A stretch of 64,000 bases of DNA from a virus (Duplodnaviria; Caudoviricetes). This document shows positions 38,938 through 48,837 of the stretch, piece after piece. The notes under the pieces were generated by a model. That model searched no databases and was not told the DNA's origin. It saw only the letters and a list, made by a program, of their open reading frames with translations. The first letter of the stretch is position 1, and each line of letters opens with the position of its first letter. The position numbers and the translations under genes are program-made. The DNA is taken from the IMG/VR virus record IMGVR_UViG_3300048572_000043, positions 1 through 64,000 of that record; one strand, written 5' to 3'.

Positions 38938-40185
38938 ATGAGCTGCAATTGTTTAGAGCCTGTTATATTTTCATTAAGCGCTACGACATCTCAAGCGAAA
39001 GTTGGCTTTTCATGTTTGAATGGTCAAGGTAGTCAAAAATATCTTAATTTTAGCGCAAATGGCAGTAGTTACAGATCGGGTTATTCAACAAACAATCCAG
39101 GCACATGGACAGATGACTGGACGTACAATACGATAAAACAATCTAGATATATTTATATGGTACAGGAATATGGTATAATTACAGTTTATGAAGATAAGAA
39201 TTTTATATATCAAGGTACATATGATATATATGATGGCGATTCTTTCAACCTCTATACAGATGCTACATTAACTACTAATCCTCCAGGGATCCAATGTGAA
39301 ATTGTTGATGAAGAAGATCCTGTTTTAGTACCAGTTGTAATTGAAGCAGAAGATGTTCTAACTGGACCTACTGAAGCAGGTTTACTTGAGGCTGAATTTT
39401 GTACTTCTCAGATAATAAATTGTCAGTTTGTTGGTCGACCAGCCTCATGTAGCTCTAATAATTGTTACAATATAGACGAATGCTTTGAAGGGAGTTGTGA
39501 TGGACCTGAAATATCATGTCAAGCTGGGACTGCTACCCCGACTTGTGGGGATCCTTGTGATCGATCTATACAATGCACTAGTGGACGAACTAAGTATAAT
39601 AATGATTATGTTTATTATGATTGTAGGTTTTCCGCCTCAAATGGATACGAAGAAACCAAAAACACGCTTAGGAATTTAAGTAATCGAGCCTTAGCAAATG
39701 AAGTGACAGATGATTTTGTATATCAAATATGCAAAGAATCTACTACTAAAAAAATACAAAAATTAAAAACTAACATAATTGGTACTTGTGAACCATTAAC
39801 GAACCCTGATGAGAATTGGAGTTCATTTAGTAACGGTATTGTAGTTTCAGCTAAAGTTGTTAATAATATACCAACAGCTCAACAAGCAATTTTTAGAGTT
39901 TGTGTGCCTAAAGAAAATGTGGATAAAAGCATTGAAGTAAAAGGAAAGTTTTATCTTTATATAGGTGCAACTTGTGCGTCTTGTTGTGTGGATGAAGATA
40001 ACTTTGGTGGAACCATAGTAGCCACAGAGCCTGTAACAATCTTTCCTAATAATAGTCCAATTATGATAAAAGGAGGCATTGAATATTTTTATAAAGATGT
40101 GCAAATCACTTACCATAATGGTACATATTCTCAATACGCTGGACAAACAATAGACGCTTGTTTTACTTTAATTTCTTTGAAATAA
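38938..40185 (+). CDS. Cys-rich hypothetical protein (>20 Cys)
   Basis: 415-aa ORF starting MSCNC, GTGTAT motif upstream. Confidence 0.7.
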   Translation: MSCNCLEPVIFSLSATTSQAKVGFSCLNGQGSQKYLNFSANGSSYRSGYSTNNPGTWTDDWTYNTIKQSRYIYMVQEYGIITVYEDKNFIYQGTYDIYDGDSFNLYTDATLTTNPPGIQCEIVDEEDPVLVPVVIEAEDVLTGPTEAGLLEAEFCTSQIINCQFVGRPASCSSNNCYNIDECFEGSCDGPEISCQAGTATPTCGDPCDRSIQCTSGRTKYNNDYVYYDCRFSASNGYEETKNTLRNLSNRALANEVTDDFVYQICKESTTKKIQKLKTNIIGTCEPLTNPDENWSSFSNGIVVSAKVVNNIPTAQQAIFRVCVPKENVDKSIEVKGKFYLYIGATCASCCVDEDNFGGTIVATEPVTIFPNNSPIMIKGGIEYFYKDVQITYHNGTYSQYAGQTIDACFTLISLK

Positions 40186-40213
40186 TATAATTACCGTTTT
40201 ACGCACAAACATT

Positions 40214-40393
40214 TTAATATTTTTTAATTCTATAATTCTTATTAGAAGGATCTATTTTAAGAATATGAGCTTTAGCTTTTAATAAACCTTCTTTAGATGG
40301 AGGAAATACTCCATGAAGAAAGTTATCACTTTTGCTGTAAACAGCGTAGTATTTAGCTTGTTTCGTCTTTTTTAGTTTGTTCTTCTTTTTCAT
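40214..40393 (-). CDS. small basic hypothetical protein (59 aa, not in the ORF track)
   Basis: MKKKNKLKKTKQAKYYAVYSKSDNFLHGVFPPSKEGLLKAKAHILKIDPSNKNYRIKKY fills the gap downstream of the SEC-C gene. Confidence 0.5.
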   Translation of the reverse strand: MKKKNKLKKTKQAKYYAVYSKSDNFLHGVFPPSKEGLLKAKAHILKIDPSNKNYRIKKY

Positions 40394-40604
40394 TTACCAT
40401 TTTCATAAGATGCTCTTTTAGAGAGTCTTTAGCTTTTTCACAAAAATCTTGATTTAACTTACCACAACAATGTTTGAACTTTTTACCAGTAGATGGACAA
40501 ACCATATTTCTTGGTACTTTTGGATATATTCTTACTATTGGACTAAATTCAGTTGCTCTAGCATATTCAATTGAGGTTAGTTTATCTATATTGTCTTTGT
40601 TCAT
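40353..40604 (-). CDS. SEC-C motif protein
   Basis: PRNMVCPSTGKKFKHCCG resembles the SecA C-terminal metal-binding motif. Confidence 0.7.
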   Translation of the reverse strand: MNKDNIDKLTSIEYARATEFSPIVRIYPKVPRNMVCPSTGKKFKHCCGKLNQDFCEKAKDSLKEHLMKMVNEKEEQTKKDETS

Positions 40605-40641
40605 ATTATATTGTACTGAATTAAGTGTAAATTTCTAATAT

Positions 40642-41349
40642 ATGCCATGCGCTTTAACAGAACCAGGAAATTATCCAGATTATCTTAAACGTATTCTTAA
40701 AACGATAGCTGTTGGAAATGATACCGATTTAAAAACTTGTGCATGCTCTTTAAGATCTCCGCTAACGACTGAGGGTTGCCCAGCAATAGGTGGAGATGGA
40801 AAGATTGGAGCTTTCCCATTTTGCACACAAGAAAGCGCAGACAGTAAATATGCAATATGGCCTTTGGAAAAGGCCATGGAAACCTATTGGCGCGTAAGGG
40901 CTTGGGACTTTAGCGCAGCAGTAACAGTAAAACCTTTTGAAGATGACGAATTTTTGGTTACAACCTCCATAAAAAACATTAGAAGCGCAGCTAATAAAGA
41001 GTCAGACCTAGTGTGTTTTAATGAGTTTGTAGACCCAGAAGAGGCCTATAAATCCGCAGATATATTTTTCGGCCCCCTTTCTTTCGGAAACCAATTTTTA
41101 CAAAAAGTAGATAATTTATATTACTCTGGTTTAGGGGGATATTTTTCTAATGATTTATTCAATCCTTTAGTTGAACTAGAGTTTTCTTTTGGGGCAGATG
41201 TCAATATATATGGAAATGATTTTCCTTTTTCTGTTCTAGGGGCTAATTTAAAAATCAGCGTCAACGCTTATATGGAAGATCAGCCAGATTTTTACAACCC
41301 CGCTATCGGTTGTACGGCAAGTCTTACTCCGAGTTCATATTGGCCTTAA
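40642..41349 (+). CDS. Cys-rich polymorphic family protein, copy D
   Basis: MPCALTEPGNYPDYLK...GAFPFC, ends SSYWP. Confidence 0.85.
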   Translation: MPCALTEPGNYPDYLKRILKTIAVGNDTDLKTCACSLRSPLTTEGCPAIGGDGKIGAFPFCTQESADSKYAIWPLEKAMETYWRVRAWDFSAAVTVKPFEDDEFLVTTSIKNIRSAANKESDLVCFNEFVDPEEAYKSADIFFGPLSFGNQFLQKVDNLYYSGLGGYFSNDLFNPLVELEFSFGADVNIYGNDFPFSVLGANLKISVNAYMEDQPDFYNPAIGCTASLTPSSYWP

Positions 41350-41389
41350 CCACGCATAACACTGAATCTGAAATAAATTAAATAAAATC

Positions 41390-42499
41390 TCATTTTCCAT
41401 GAGCGAATCCCTCATACATGCTATTTGGACTATTTCTAACTGCTTGTATAGTATTATTCCATAGGCCACCGCGCATATCTTGTAAACTCCTAAATCCAAG
41501 ATAACTCATAGAACTTCTTAAACCATTGGTAAAATCATATACAATATCTTCAATAGTTTTGTTTTCAATAATTGGAATCAAGGTATTATCACCCTCAACA
41601 AACAGATTCTTTTTAGTTCCATCGTACAAATCATAATCTTCAACAACATCTTGACTAGCCATTCCTCTATATTTAGCAAATCTTTTGCCATCTATTTCAA
41701 TGATATTCTCGTCATCAACAACATCAGATAAGCCAGCAAAAATTCTCCCACAAATAACAGCATCACATCCACTAGCAATAGCTTTAACTAAATCTTTCGG
41801 ATATCTAATACCACCATCAGCAAGAATACTTGGCCTATGAGCTGGATTAGGTTTATCTTGTTTAAATAAATCAATTTGAGAAAGCTCCCAATTTCTTACG
41901 GCTTTCCAAGCGTAATAATTTCCAGTTAAACTAGGGCATCCGATTCCAGTTTTAACTTGAGTTAAACACATAGATCCTGGACCGATCAAATGTCTAAATC
42001 CATCTGCTTTTAAATTAGCAAGTCTATAAACACTCTCTTTAGTCAAAGTATTACCCACGATAACATCTTGAGAAAATCCAGCCGTCTTATACCATCTTAA
42101 GAAATCTTCTACATTTTTAGCTAAACCATTAGCTGTGTCCAAGAAATAAAGATTAGTAAATGTATTTGTAGCTCTAATTCTTTCTTCTGCATCTTTTAGT
42201 CCAATCGCAGTAACGCAAAAATCGCTAGCATCTTTAATAAGTTTAGCTTTAGCTCTTTGATCATCAACAGACATAAATCTATGTAAAACTCCAGCCGCTC
42301 CAAGTTTATTCATTTTAATACACGACTTAACAGAAGATACTGTATCCATTGGCGAAAGCAATATTGGAATTTTTATATTGCAGTTTCTTGATATCTTAGT
42401 AGTGGTATCTACTTCTTTTCTGGAAGTGATGTCTGAAAAATTTGGAAGTAACGAAATATCATCGTAACTTAAGGCTTCTTTAAATTCTTGTTTTTGCAT
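41390..42499 (-). CDS. IMPDH/GMP reductase family oxidoreductase (probably GMP reductase)
   Basis: SPMDTV, GPGSMC, ADGGI, YRGMAS, LRSSMSY; no CBS domain and no Arg-Tyr flap dyad. Confidence 0.85.
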   Translation of the reverse strand: MQKQEFKEALSYDDISLLPNFSDITSRKEVDTTTKISRNCNIKIPILLSPMDTVSSVKSCIKMNKLGAAGVLHRFMSVDDQRAKAKLIKDASDFCVTAIGLKDAEERIRATNTFTNLYFLDTANGLAKNVEDFLRWYKTAGFSQDVIVGNTLTKESVYRLANLKADGFRHLIGPGSMCLTQVKTGIGCPSLTGNYYAWKAVRNWELSQIDLFKQDKPNPAHRPSILADGGIRYPKDLVKAIASGCDAVICGRIFAGLSDVVDDENIIEIDGKRFAKYRGMASQDVVEDYDLYDGTKKNLFVEGDNTLIPIIENKTIEDIVYDFTNGLRSSMSYLGFRSLQDMRGGLWNNTIQAVRNSPNSMYEGFAHGK

Positions 42500-42579
42500 T
42501 TATTTATATTAGACTATTCTTTATAAACAATCAAGAAAATAATTGACTTAAAAATAAAAAACATTTAATATATAATCTT

Positions 42580-42654
42580 ATGGTTCAAACAATTATATGC
42601 ATAGCGATAGGAATTGGAATAGCTATAAAATGGCATTTCTTTCAAAATGAATAA
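42580..42654 (+). CDS. 24-aa hydrophobic peptide
   Basis: MVQTIICIAIGIGIAIKWHFFQNE directly after a TTGACT-N17-TAATAT promoter, overlapping the dCMP deaminase start. Confidence 0.4.
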   Translation: MVQTIICIAIGIGIAIKWHFFQNE

Positions 42655-43060
42655 TAGAATATCATTTATAGAAGCTGCGATTGAAACCGCCAAAATCTGG
42701 TCAAGTAGATCAGAAGATCCACATAAAAAAGTTGGAGTATGCATCTTAAATAAAGATGGTAGAGTATTATCTGTAGGATATAATGGTTTATTACCTAAGT
42801 TTAATATTAATGAAGACTTCTTTAGCGATAGAGATAACAGAAGGAAATATATGATCCATGCTGAAATTAACGCTTTATCTTTAGTTAAAAGAGGAGATCA
42901 ACCACATTTACTAGCTTCAACTTTATTGCCTTGCTCGAATTGTGCTACGAATATTGTTGCATATGGAGTTAAAAGTGTGGTATACTCAGAAGACTATGAC
43001 AAAGACACCACTGCAAAAGAGATATTTAAATTTTACAATATAGAGTTAATTAAAATATGA
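42647..43060 (+). CDS. dCMP deaminase
   Basis: SVGYNG, IHAEINAL, PCSNC. Confidence 0.92.
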   Translation: MNNRISFIEAAIETAKIWSSRSEDPHKKVGVCILNKDGRVLSVGYNGLLPKFNINEDFFSDRDNRRKYMIHAEINALSLVKRGDQPHLLASTLLPCSNCATNIVAYGVKSVVYSEDYDKDTTAKEIFKFYNIELIKI

Positions 43061-43542
43061 AATATATAATACTATTATCATTTATAGCTAATTTCGCAGC
43101 CGCTCAATCTGGAGCCGTATACGAAACATACAAGACTACAGGAGGTGGAACAAATCAATCTGATGGTACAATTTTTAATAAACCATTCCAAGAATATAAT
43201 TATGTTAAAACCGCTAGAGGAATAGAAGTATATCAAACGTACAAAACTAAGAGTGGAAACGGAACTAATCAATCCAATGGAACTATATTTTCAAAACCAT
43301 TTCCAGAGTATTATATAGTTAACAATAAAATTTATAGAACATACAAGACCCATTATAAATCTACTAATCAATCTAGTGGCACAATATTTGCCCAACCATT
43401 TGAGGCAAAAAATATCGATCCAAGTGTTAATACTAAAGCTTTAAAAGAAAATATACAAACCCAAGTTCGAACTCAACAAATTCGTACTGGGCAAGATTAT
43501 CCAAGATACGATGGAACTGGAGATATATCTTATGGAGAATAA
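43057..43542 (+). CDS. secreted protein with three internal repeats
   Basis: signal peptide (..FAAA-Q); 3x Y.TYKT....TNQS.GTIF..PF. Confidence 0.7.
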   Translation: MKYIILLSFIANFAAAQSGAVYETYKTTGGGTNQSDGTIFNKPFQEYNYVKTARGIEVYQTYKTKSGNGTNQSNGTIFSKPFPEYYIVNNKIYRTYKTHYKSTNQSSGTIFAQPFEAKNIDPSVNTKALKENIQTQVRTQQIRTGQDYPRYDGTGDISYGE

Positions 43543-43545
43543 CAA

Positions 43546-44133
43546 ATGATTGGATTAACTGGAGTAGCTCGATCTGGAAAAGATACTTTTTATTCTATCT
43601 TAAAAAGATATCTAGAAGAAAAAGGAATCAAATCCCAAAGACTAGCTTTTGCTGATGCATTAAAAAATGAACTATACGAATTTACTAAAGATAAATTTAA
43701 AATAGATTTACTAAATTGCAGTCCAGAAAACAAGGAAATAGTAAGACCACTTATGGTTGCTTATGGAAAATGCAGAAGAATACAAACAGAAGGAAAATAC
43801 TGGACTTCTACTATTCAACCAGAAGTAAACAAATTAATTGCTAAGAACATTGTTCCAATCGTCACGGACGTAAGATATATAGAGTATAAAGATGATGAAT
43901 ATTCTTGGATAAAATCTCATAATGGTATTCTAATACATATTTCAAGAAAACTAGATGATGGTTCTTTGGTCCCTCCAGCAAATATAGAAGAAAAATCTAA
44001 TGATAATAAGCTTAAAGCTGTATCTGATATAAGTATAGCTTGGGAGACTTGCCAAGACGTTAATTTTTTACATGAATTAATGCAAAAACAATTAAAAAAT
44101 GTTTACGAAAAATACTTACAAAATAAAAAATAA
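43546..44133 (+). CDS. deoxynucleoside monophosphate kinase
   Basis: GLTGVARSGKDT, AFADALK, VTDVRY. Confidence 0.85.
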   Translation: MIGLTGVARSGKDTFYSILKRYLEEKGIKSQRLAFADALKNELYEFTKDKFKIDLLNCSPENKEIVRPLMVAYGKCRRIQTEGKYWTSTIQPEVNKLIAKNIVPIVTDVRYIEYKDDEYSWIKSHNGILIHISRKLDDGSLVPPANIEEKSNDNKLKAVSDISIAWETCQDVNFLHELMQKQLKNVYEKYLQNKK

Positions 44134-44134
44134 T

Positions 44135-44728
44135 ATGAACAAACAAATAGACGACATTACTTTAGTCAAGAGTATAAAAGAAAAGAATGATGAAGAAGCA
44201 TTGAAAACTTTAATTCAAAAACATTCTGCTCTTTGCAATTCTTTATATAAAAAATACTCAACTCCAATGGTTGCATCTGGAGTTCATCTTCAAGACGTAA
44301 TAGATCAAAAAGATTATATGGTCTACAAATCGGCATTAAGTTTTGATGAAAATAAAAACTCTAAATTCTCGACTTGGTTATATAATCAAGTAAGATATCA
44401 ATGCCTTAACTGTATGAATGAAAATAGTCATTATTTAACCCTTGAAACTGATAAACTAAACTATTTAATAGAAAAGAATACTCCAGTTCAAAAAGAGTAT
44501 AAAAATATTAATGAATATATTATGAATATTATTGATTCTTGCTCAGATGAAAGAATACAAAAGATATTCAAAATGAGATATTTAAATGATTCTAATAAAA
44601 AAATGCCTTGGAATAAAATAGCTAAAAAATTAAAGATAAGCACTCAAACTGCTATCAATATACATAATAAAGCCATTAAACTATTAAAAACTAAAGTTGA
44701 GAGTAAAAATTGTTTTGACAAAATATAA
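44135..44728 (+). CDS. phage-encoded sigma70-family RNA polymerase sigma factor
   Basis: FD..KNSKFSTWLY..VR region 2 and C-terminal HTH (WNKIAKKLKIS). Confidence 0.85.
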   Translation: MNKQIDDITLVKSIKEKNDEEALKTLIQKHSALCNSLYKKYSTPMVASGVHLQDVIDQKDYMVYKSALSFDENKNSKFSTWLYNQVRYQCLNCMNENSHYLTLETDKLNYLIEKNTPVQKEYKNINEYIMNIIDSCSDERIQKIFKMRYLNDSNKKMPWNKIAKKLKISTQTAINIHNKAIKLLKTKVESKNCFDKI

Positions 44729-44749
44729 AAAAAGAGATACAATATAAAA

Positions 44750-45061
44750 ATGAATAATACAAATCAAAACACAAATACAAACAAGAACCAAAGCGAGCTG
44801 GGCGCACTTTGGAAAAAGAAGAGCAAAGCAGGAATGTCATTCCTATCTGGTTATATTAATGATCACGATGGTCAAAGAATTGACGTTGTAGTTTTTGCTA
44901 ACAGCAAAAAGACAAATGAAAAAGCTCCAGATTATAGACTATATGTATCTAAGCCTTTAGATAATCAAAATAAGACTACCGCTTCTGCACCAGCAGCTAA
45001 AACTGCCACAGTCAAGAAGGTTCAACCAGTTGTTGAAGAGGATGAAGATGACATCCTATGA
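44750..45061 (+). CDS. putative ssDNA-binding protein (DUF736-like)
   Basis: GALWKK, FLSG, KAPDYR and an acidic C-terminal tail. Confidence 0.6.
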   Translation: MNNTNQNTNTNKNQSELGALWKKKSKAGMSFLSGYINDHDGQRIDVVVFANSKKTNEKAPDYRLYVSKPLDNQNKTTASAPAAKTATVKKVQPVVEEDEDDIL

Positions 45062-46143
45062 GTTTAGCGTTTAACTTACCAATAAATTCAGTAAGTTTTG
45101 GTCAGATATCTACATTAATTCTTAGAGAGTTATATAATTCTAAGGTTAATGTAGGTATTTTACCTATTGGTAACGTTGATCTATCTACTCAATCAGATTT
45201 AAGTCAAGAATTTGGAAATTGGCTACAGCAGTCAATCAATTCGTCCTTAGAAACATTTAATCGAAAAAATAAAATATTTAAACTATGGCATCTTAACGGC
45301 TCATTTGAGAGTTATTCCAACGAGCAAGTTTTACTTAGCTTTTACGAACTTGATCAACCTACAAAAGTAGAGTTAAATACTGTAAAAAATAACCATAAAG
45401 TACTTTTTTCTTCAAAAGAAACAGTAGAAATATTTAAGAATCTTGGATGCAAGAACGTAGAATATATTCCATTAGCATTTGATAAGTATAATTTTAATAG
45501 AATAGATAAGTCTTATTTTGTTGACGATAGAATTGTTTTTAACTTGGTTGGTAAATTAGAAAAAAGAAAACATCATTTAAAGCTGATTAAACTTTGGGCT
45601 CAAAAATTTGGTAATAATAAAAAATACGCATTACAATGTTGCATATTTAATCCATTTATGAAGCCAGAAGATCAAAACGCTCTTGTTTCTCAAGCCTTAG
45701 AAGGTAAAACATATTTTAATATTAACTTCTTGCCATTTATGGGACAAAATAAAATTTATAATGATTTCTTAAATAGTGGTAATATCGTATTGGGCATGAG
45801 TGGAGCAGAAGGATGGGGATTACCAGAATTTCATTCTGTAGCGATGGGAAAGCATGCAGTAATAATGAATGCTCATGCATATAAATCTTGGGCCAATAAA
45901 GACAACAGTGTCTTGGTAGAGCCTAGTTGTAAAATTGAAGCATACGATGGAATGTTCTTTAATAAAGGAGCGCCATATAACCAAGGCAATATCTATGACT
46001 TTAGTGAAGAAGAATTTATTAATGGTTGTGAATCAGCAATCAAAAAAGTGGAAAGCGACAAAGTAAATAAAGAAGGACTAAAACTTCAAGAAGAATTTAC
46101 TTCTGAAAAATTTATTGAAAATGTACTAAGTCATTTAAAATAA
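45058..46143 (+). CDS. GT4-like glycosyltransferase
   Basis: VGKLEKRK, AEGWGLP. Confidence 0.8.
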   Translation: MSLAFNLPINSVSFGQISTLILRELYNSKVNVGILPIGNVDLSTQSDLSQEFGNWLQQSINSSLETFNRKNKIFKLWHLNGSFESYSNEQVLLSFYELDQPTKVELNTVKNNHKVLFSSKETVEIFKNLGCKNVEYIPLAFDKYNFNRIDKSYFVDDRIVFNLVGKLEKRKHHLKLIKLWAQKFGNNKKYALQCCIFNPFMKPEDQNALVSQALEGKTYFNINFLPFMGQNKIYNDFLNSGNIVLGMSGAEGWGLPEFHSVAMGKHAVIMNAHAYKSWANKDNSVLVEPSCKIEAYDGMFFNKGAPYNQGNIYDFSEEEFINGCESAIKKVESDKVNKEGLKLQEEFTSEKFIENVLSHLK

Positions 46144-46490
46144 TGCCACTATATACATACATTAATCCTAAAACAAAACAAACAATAGATATTGTACAAT
46201 CAGTACATGACGAACATATTTATATAGATAAAAATGGATTACAATGGAGTAGAGTATTTACTGCTCCAGAAGTTAATACTCATGGAACATTAAAAGCAGA
46301 AACCTCAGAAAAGCAATTTTCGGAATTTACAAAAAATCGTAAAGGCACACTTGGAGATCTTTGGGACCAAAGCGCAGAGCTTTCAGAGAAAAGAAAAAAA
46401 GTTTATAGTGGACAAGACCCAGTAAAAAAGAAATATAAGAGTGATTGGAGCAAAAAAAGAAAAGGTCGCGTACACCCTAAAGACGACTAA
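46143..46490 (+). CDS. FmdB-like small protein
   Basis: MPLYTY...RVFTAP N-terminus lacking the zinc-binding Cys. Confidence 0.45.
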   Translation: MPLYTYINPKTKQTIDIVQSVHDEHIYIDKNGLQWSRVFTAPEVNTHGTLKAETSEKQFSEFTKNRKGTLGDLWDQSAELSEKRKKVYSGQDPVKKKYKSDWSKKRKGRVHPKDD

Positions 46491-46572
46491 AAGCAAATTG
46501 TTTATAACTTATTAAAATTTTCTTTCTTTAATTTAAAAAAAGATGTAATATAGTTTTTGTACTAGTTACATT

Positions 46573-48834
46573 ATGAATAAGAACACAAACGTTAAAAAAA
46601 GAAATGGCTCTACTGAAAAGTTTAATATAGAAAAAATAAACAAAGTAATCAACTGGGCAATTGATGGTTATAGCGGGGTTAGTTTAACAGATATTGAAAT
46701 TAATGCTAAAATTAATATTCACGATGGAATCAACACGAAGGAGATTCATAACCTATTAATTGAAAGTGCAGCAAATTTGATTTCAATTGAAAAACCAAAC
46801 TATCAATACGTTGCAGCTAGATTATTAAATTATCAACTCAGAAAAGATGTTTGGAAAGGTAAACATGCCCCTAGACTATCAGAGTTTTTAAATCAAAATA
46901 TTAAAAATAAAGTTTATGACTCAAGTATTTTAAATGACTATTCGGAGGATGAGATAAATAAGATTGGAGAATTCATTGACCATGATAGAGACTTTATTTT
47001 TACTTACGCTGGAATCAAACAGCTTTGCGATAAATATTTAATTAAGAATAGAACTACTGGAGAAATTCATGAAACTCCACAATTTGCTTATATATTAATT
47101 GCAGCTTATGCTTTTGCAAAATACCCAGTAGAGACAAGACTTTCATATGTTAGAAAATTTTACGATGCTATTAGTAAACACAAGATCAATCTCCCAACAC
47201 CAGTAATGGCAGGAGTTAGAACATCTAGTAGAAATTATGCTAGTTGTTGTTTAATTGGAGTAGATGATACAAAAGATAGTATTACAGCTAGTGCTACTGC
47301 GGTAAGCATGGCTACTGCTAATAGATGTGGAATTGGAATTGATATAAGTAAAATTAGAGCTATTGGATCTTCTATTAAGAATGGAGAAGTTGTACATACT
47401 GGTTTAATTCCATTTTTAAAAATATATGAAAGTAGCGTAAAAGCATGGCAACAGAATGGATTGAGAGGTGGTAGCGCGACTTGCAATATTCAATGGTGGC
47501 ATTATGAAATCGAAGATATCGTTGTATTAAAAAATAACGCAGGAACAGATGATAATAGAGTTCGTAAACTTGACTATACAGTTGGCATGAGTAAACTATT
47601 CTATGATAGAGTATTAAAAGATGAAGATATCACTCTATTTAACAACGCAGAGGTTCCTGAGCTTTACGAAGCATGGGGAACAAAAGATTTTGATAAAGTA
47701 TATAAAGAATGTGAATCTAAAAAATTAAAATTAAAAAAGAAAATGTCTGCTCGTAAACTATTTTCCCTTATTATCAAAGAGAGAGTTGAAACTGGTAGGA
47801 TTTATATTTTAAATGTAGATCATGCAAATAATCATGGAGCATGGTTAGATAAAGTTACAATGAGCAATCTTTGTACAGAAGTTATTCATCCTACGATTCC
47901 ATTAAATGATTATCACGATAAAGAAGGCGAAATTGGGATGTGTATTCTTTCAGCAGTAAACATGCTAGAAATAAAAAACTGGCAGGATCTTGAAAAGACT
48001 TGCGATCTTATCGTAAGATTTTTAGACGAAATCATTGAGCTTCAAGATTATTTTAATATTGCTGCTGAAAATTTTGCTAAAAAACGTAGAAGCCTTGGAG
48101 TTGGAATTACCAATCTTGCAGCTTTTCTTGCTAAAAATGAATTGAAATATAGTTCCGATAAGTCATTGTCAGTTGTCGATGAATGGATGGAGCATTTTCA
48201 ATATTATTTATTAAAGAGTAGCGTCGAATTAGCTAAAGAAAAGGGCAAATGCGATAAGTTTCATAGAACCAAATATTCAAAAGGTATACTTCCTATTGAT
48301 ACTTACAAAGATAAAGTAGATGAACTAGTCAAAAGAAAATTATCACTTGATTGGGATAAATTAAGAAAAGATATTAAAGAATTTGGTTTGAGACATTCAA
48401 CCTTATCTTCTTGTATGCCTTGTGAGAGCAGTTCTGTAATTCAATGCTCAACAAACGGAGTAGAACCTATTCGTAGTCTTATAACATATAAAACTAGCAA
48501 AATGGGCAAACTTCCAGTTATGGTTCCAGGAATTGGAAAGTATGACGAGAATTATGAATTAGCATATGATTTAAAAGATAACTCTGGAGTACTTAAAATT
48601 AATGCAGTAATCCAAAAATATATTGACATGGCTATATCAACTAATGTATACTACAACTATAGTCATTATGAAAACAATATTCTTCCAGATGCTAAAGTTA
48701 TGAAAGAGCTTATTTACGCTTATAGCCTTGGATTGATTAGTTTGTATTACAATAACACAGATGACGGAGATAAAGAACAATCGCTCAATCAAAAAGAAAA
48801 TGGAGATTGTTCTAGTGGAGCGTGTAAACTATAG
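46573..48834 (+). CDS. nrdA: class Ia ribonucleotide reductase alpha subunit with ATP cone
   Basis: VKKRNG cone, PTPVMAG, ASCCL, SNLCTE, C-terminal CSSGACKL. Confidence 0.97.
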   Translation: MNKNTNVKKRNGSTEKFNIEKINKVINWAIDGYSGVSLTDIEINAKINIHDGINTKEIHNLLIESAANLISIEKPNYQYVAARLLNYQLRKDVWKGKHAPRLSEFLNQNIKNKVYDSSILNDYSEDEINKIGEFIDHDRDFIFTYAGIKQLCDKYLIKNRTTGEIHETPQFAYILIAAYAFAKYPVETRLSYVRKFYDAISKHKINLPTPVMAGVRTSSRNYASCCLIGVDDTKDSITASATAVSMATANRCGIGIDISKIRAIGSSIKNGEVVHTGLIPFLKIYESSVKAWQQNGLRGGSATCNIQWWHYEIEDIVVLKNNAGTDDNRVRKLDYTVGMSKLFYDRVLKDEDITLFNNAEVPELYEAWGTKDFDKVYKECESKKLKLKKKMSARKLFSLIIKERVETGRIYILNVDHANNHGAWLDKVTMSNLCTEVIHPTIPLNDYHDKEGEIGMCILSAVNMLEIKNWQDLEKTCDLIVRFLDEIIELQDYFNIAAENFAKKRRSLGVGITNLAAFLAKNELKYSSDKSLSVVDEWMEHFQYYLLKSSVELAKEKGKCDKFHRTKYSKGILPIDTYKDKVDELVKRKLSLDWDKLRKDIKEFGLRHSTLSSCMPCESSSVIQCSTNGVEPIRSLITYKTSKMGKLPVMVPGIGKYDENYELAYDLKDNSGVLKINAVIQKYIDMAISTNVYYNYSHYENNILPDAKVMKELIYAYSLGLISLYYNNTDDGDKEQSLNQKENGDCSSGACKL

Positions 48835-48837
48835 TCC

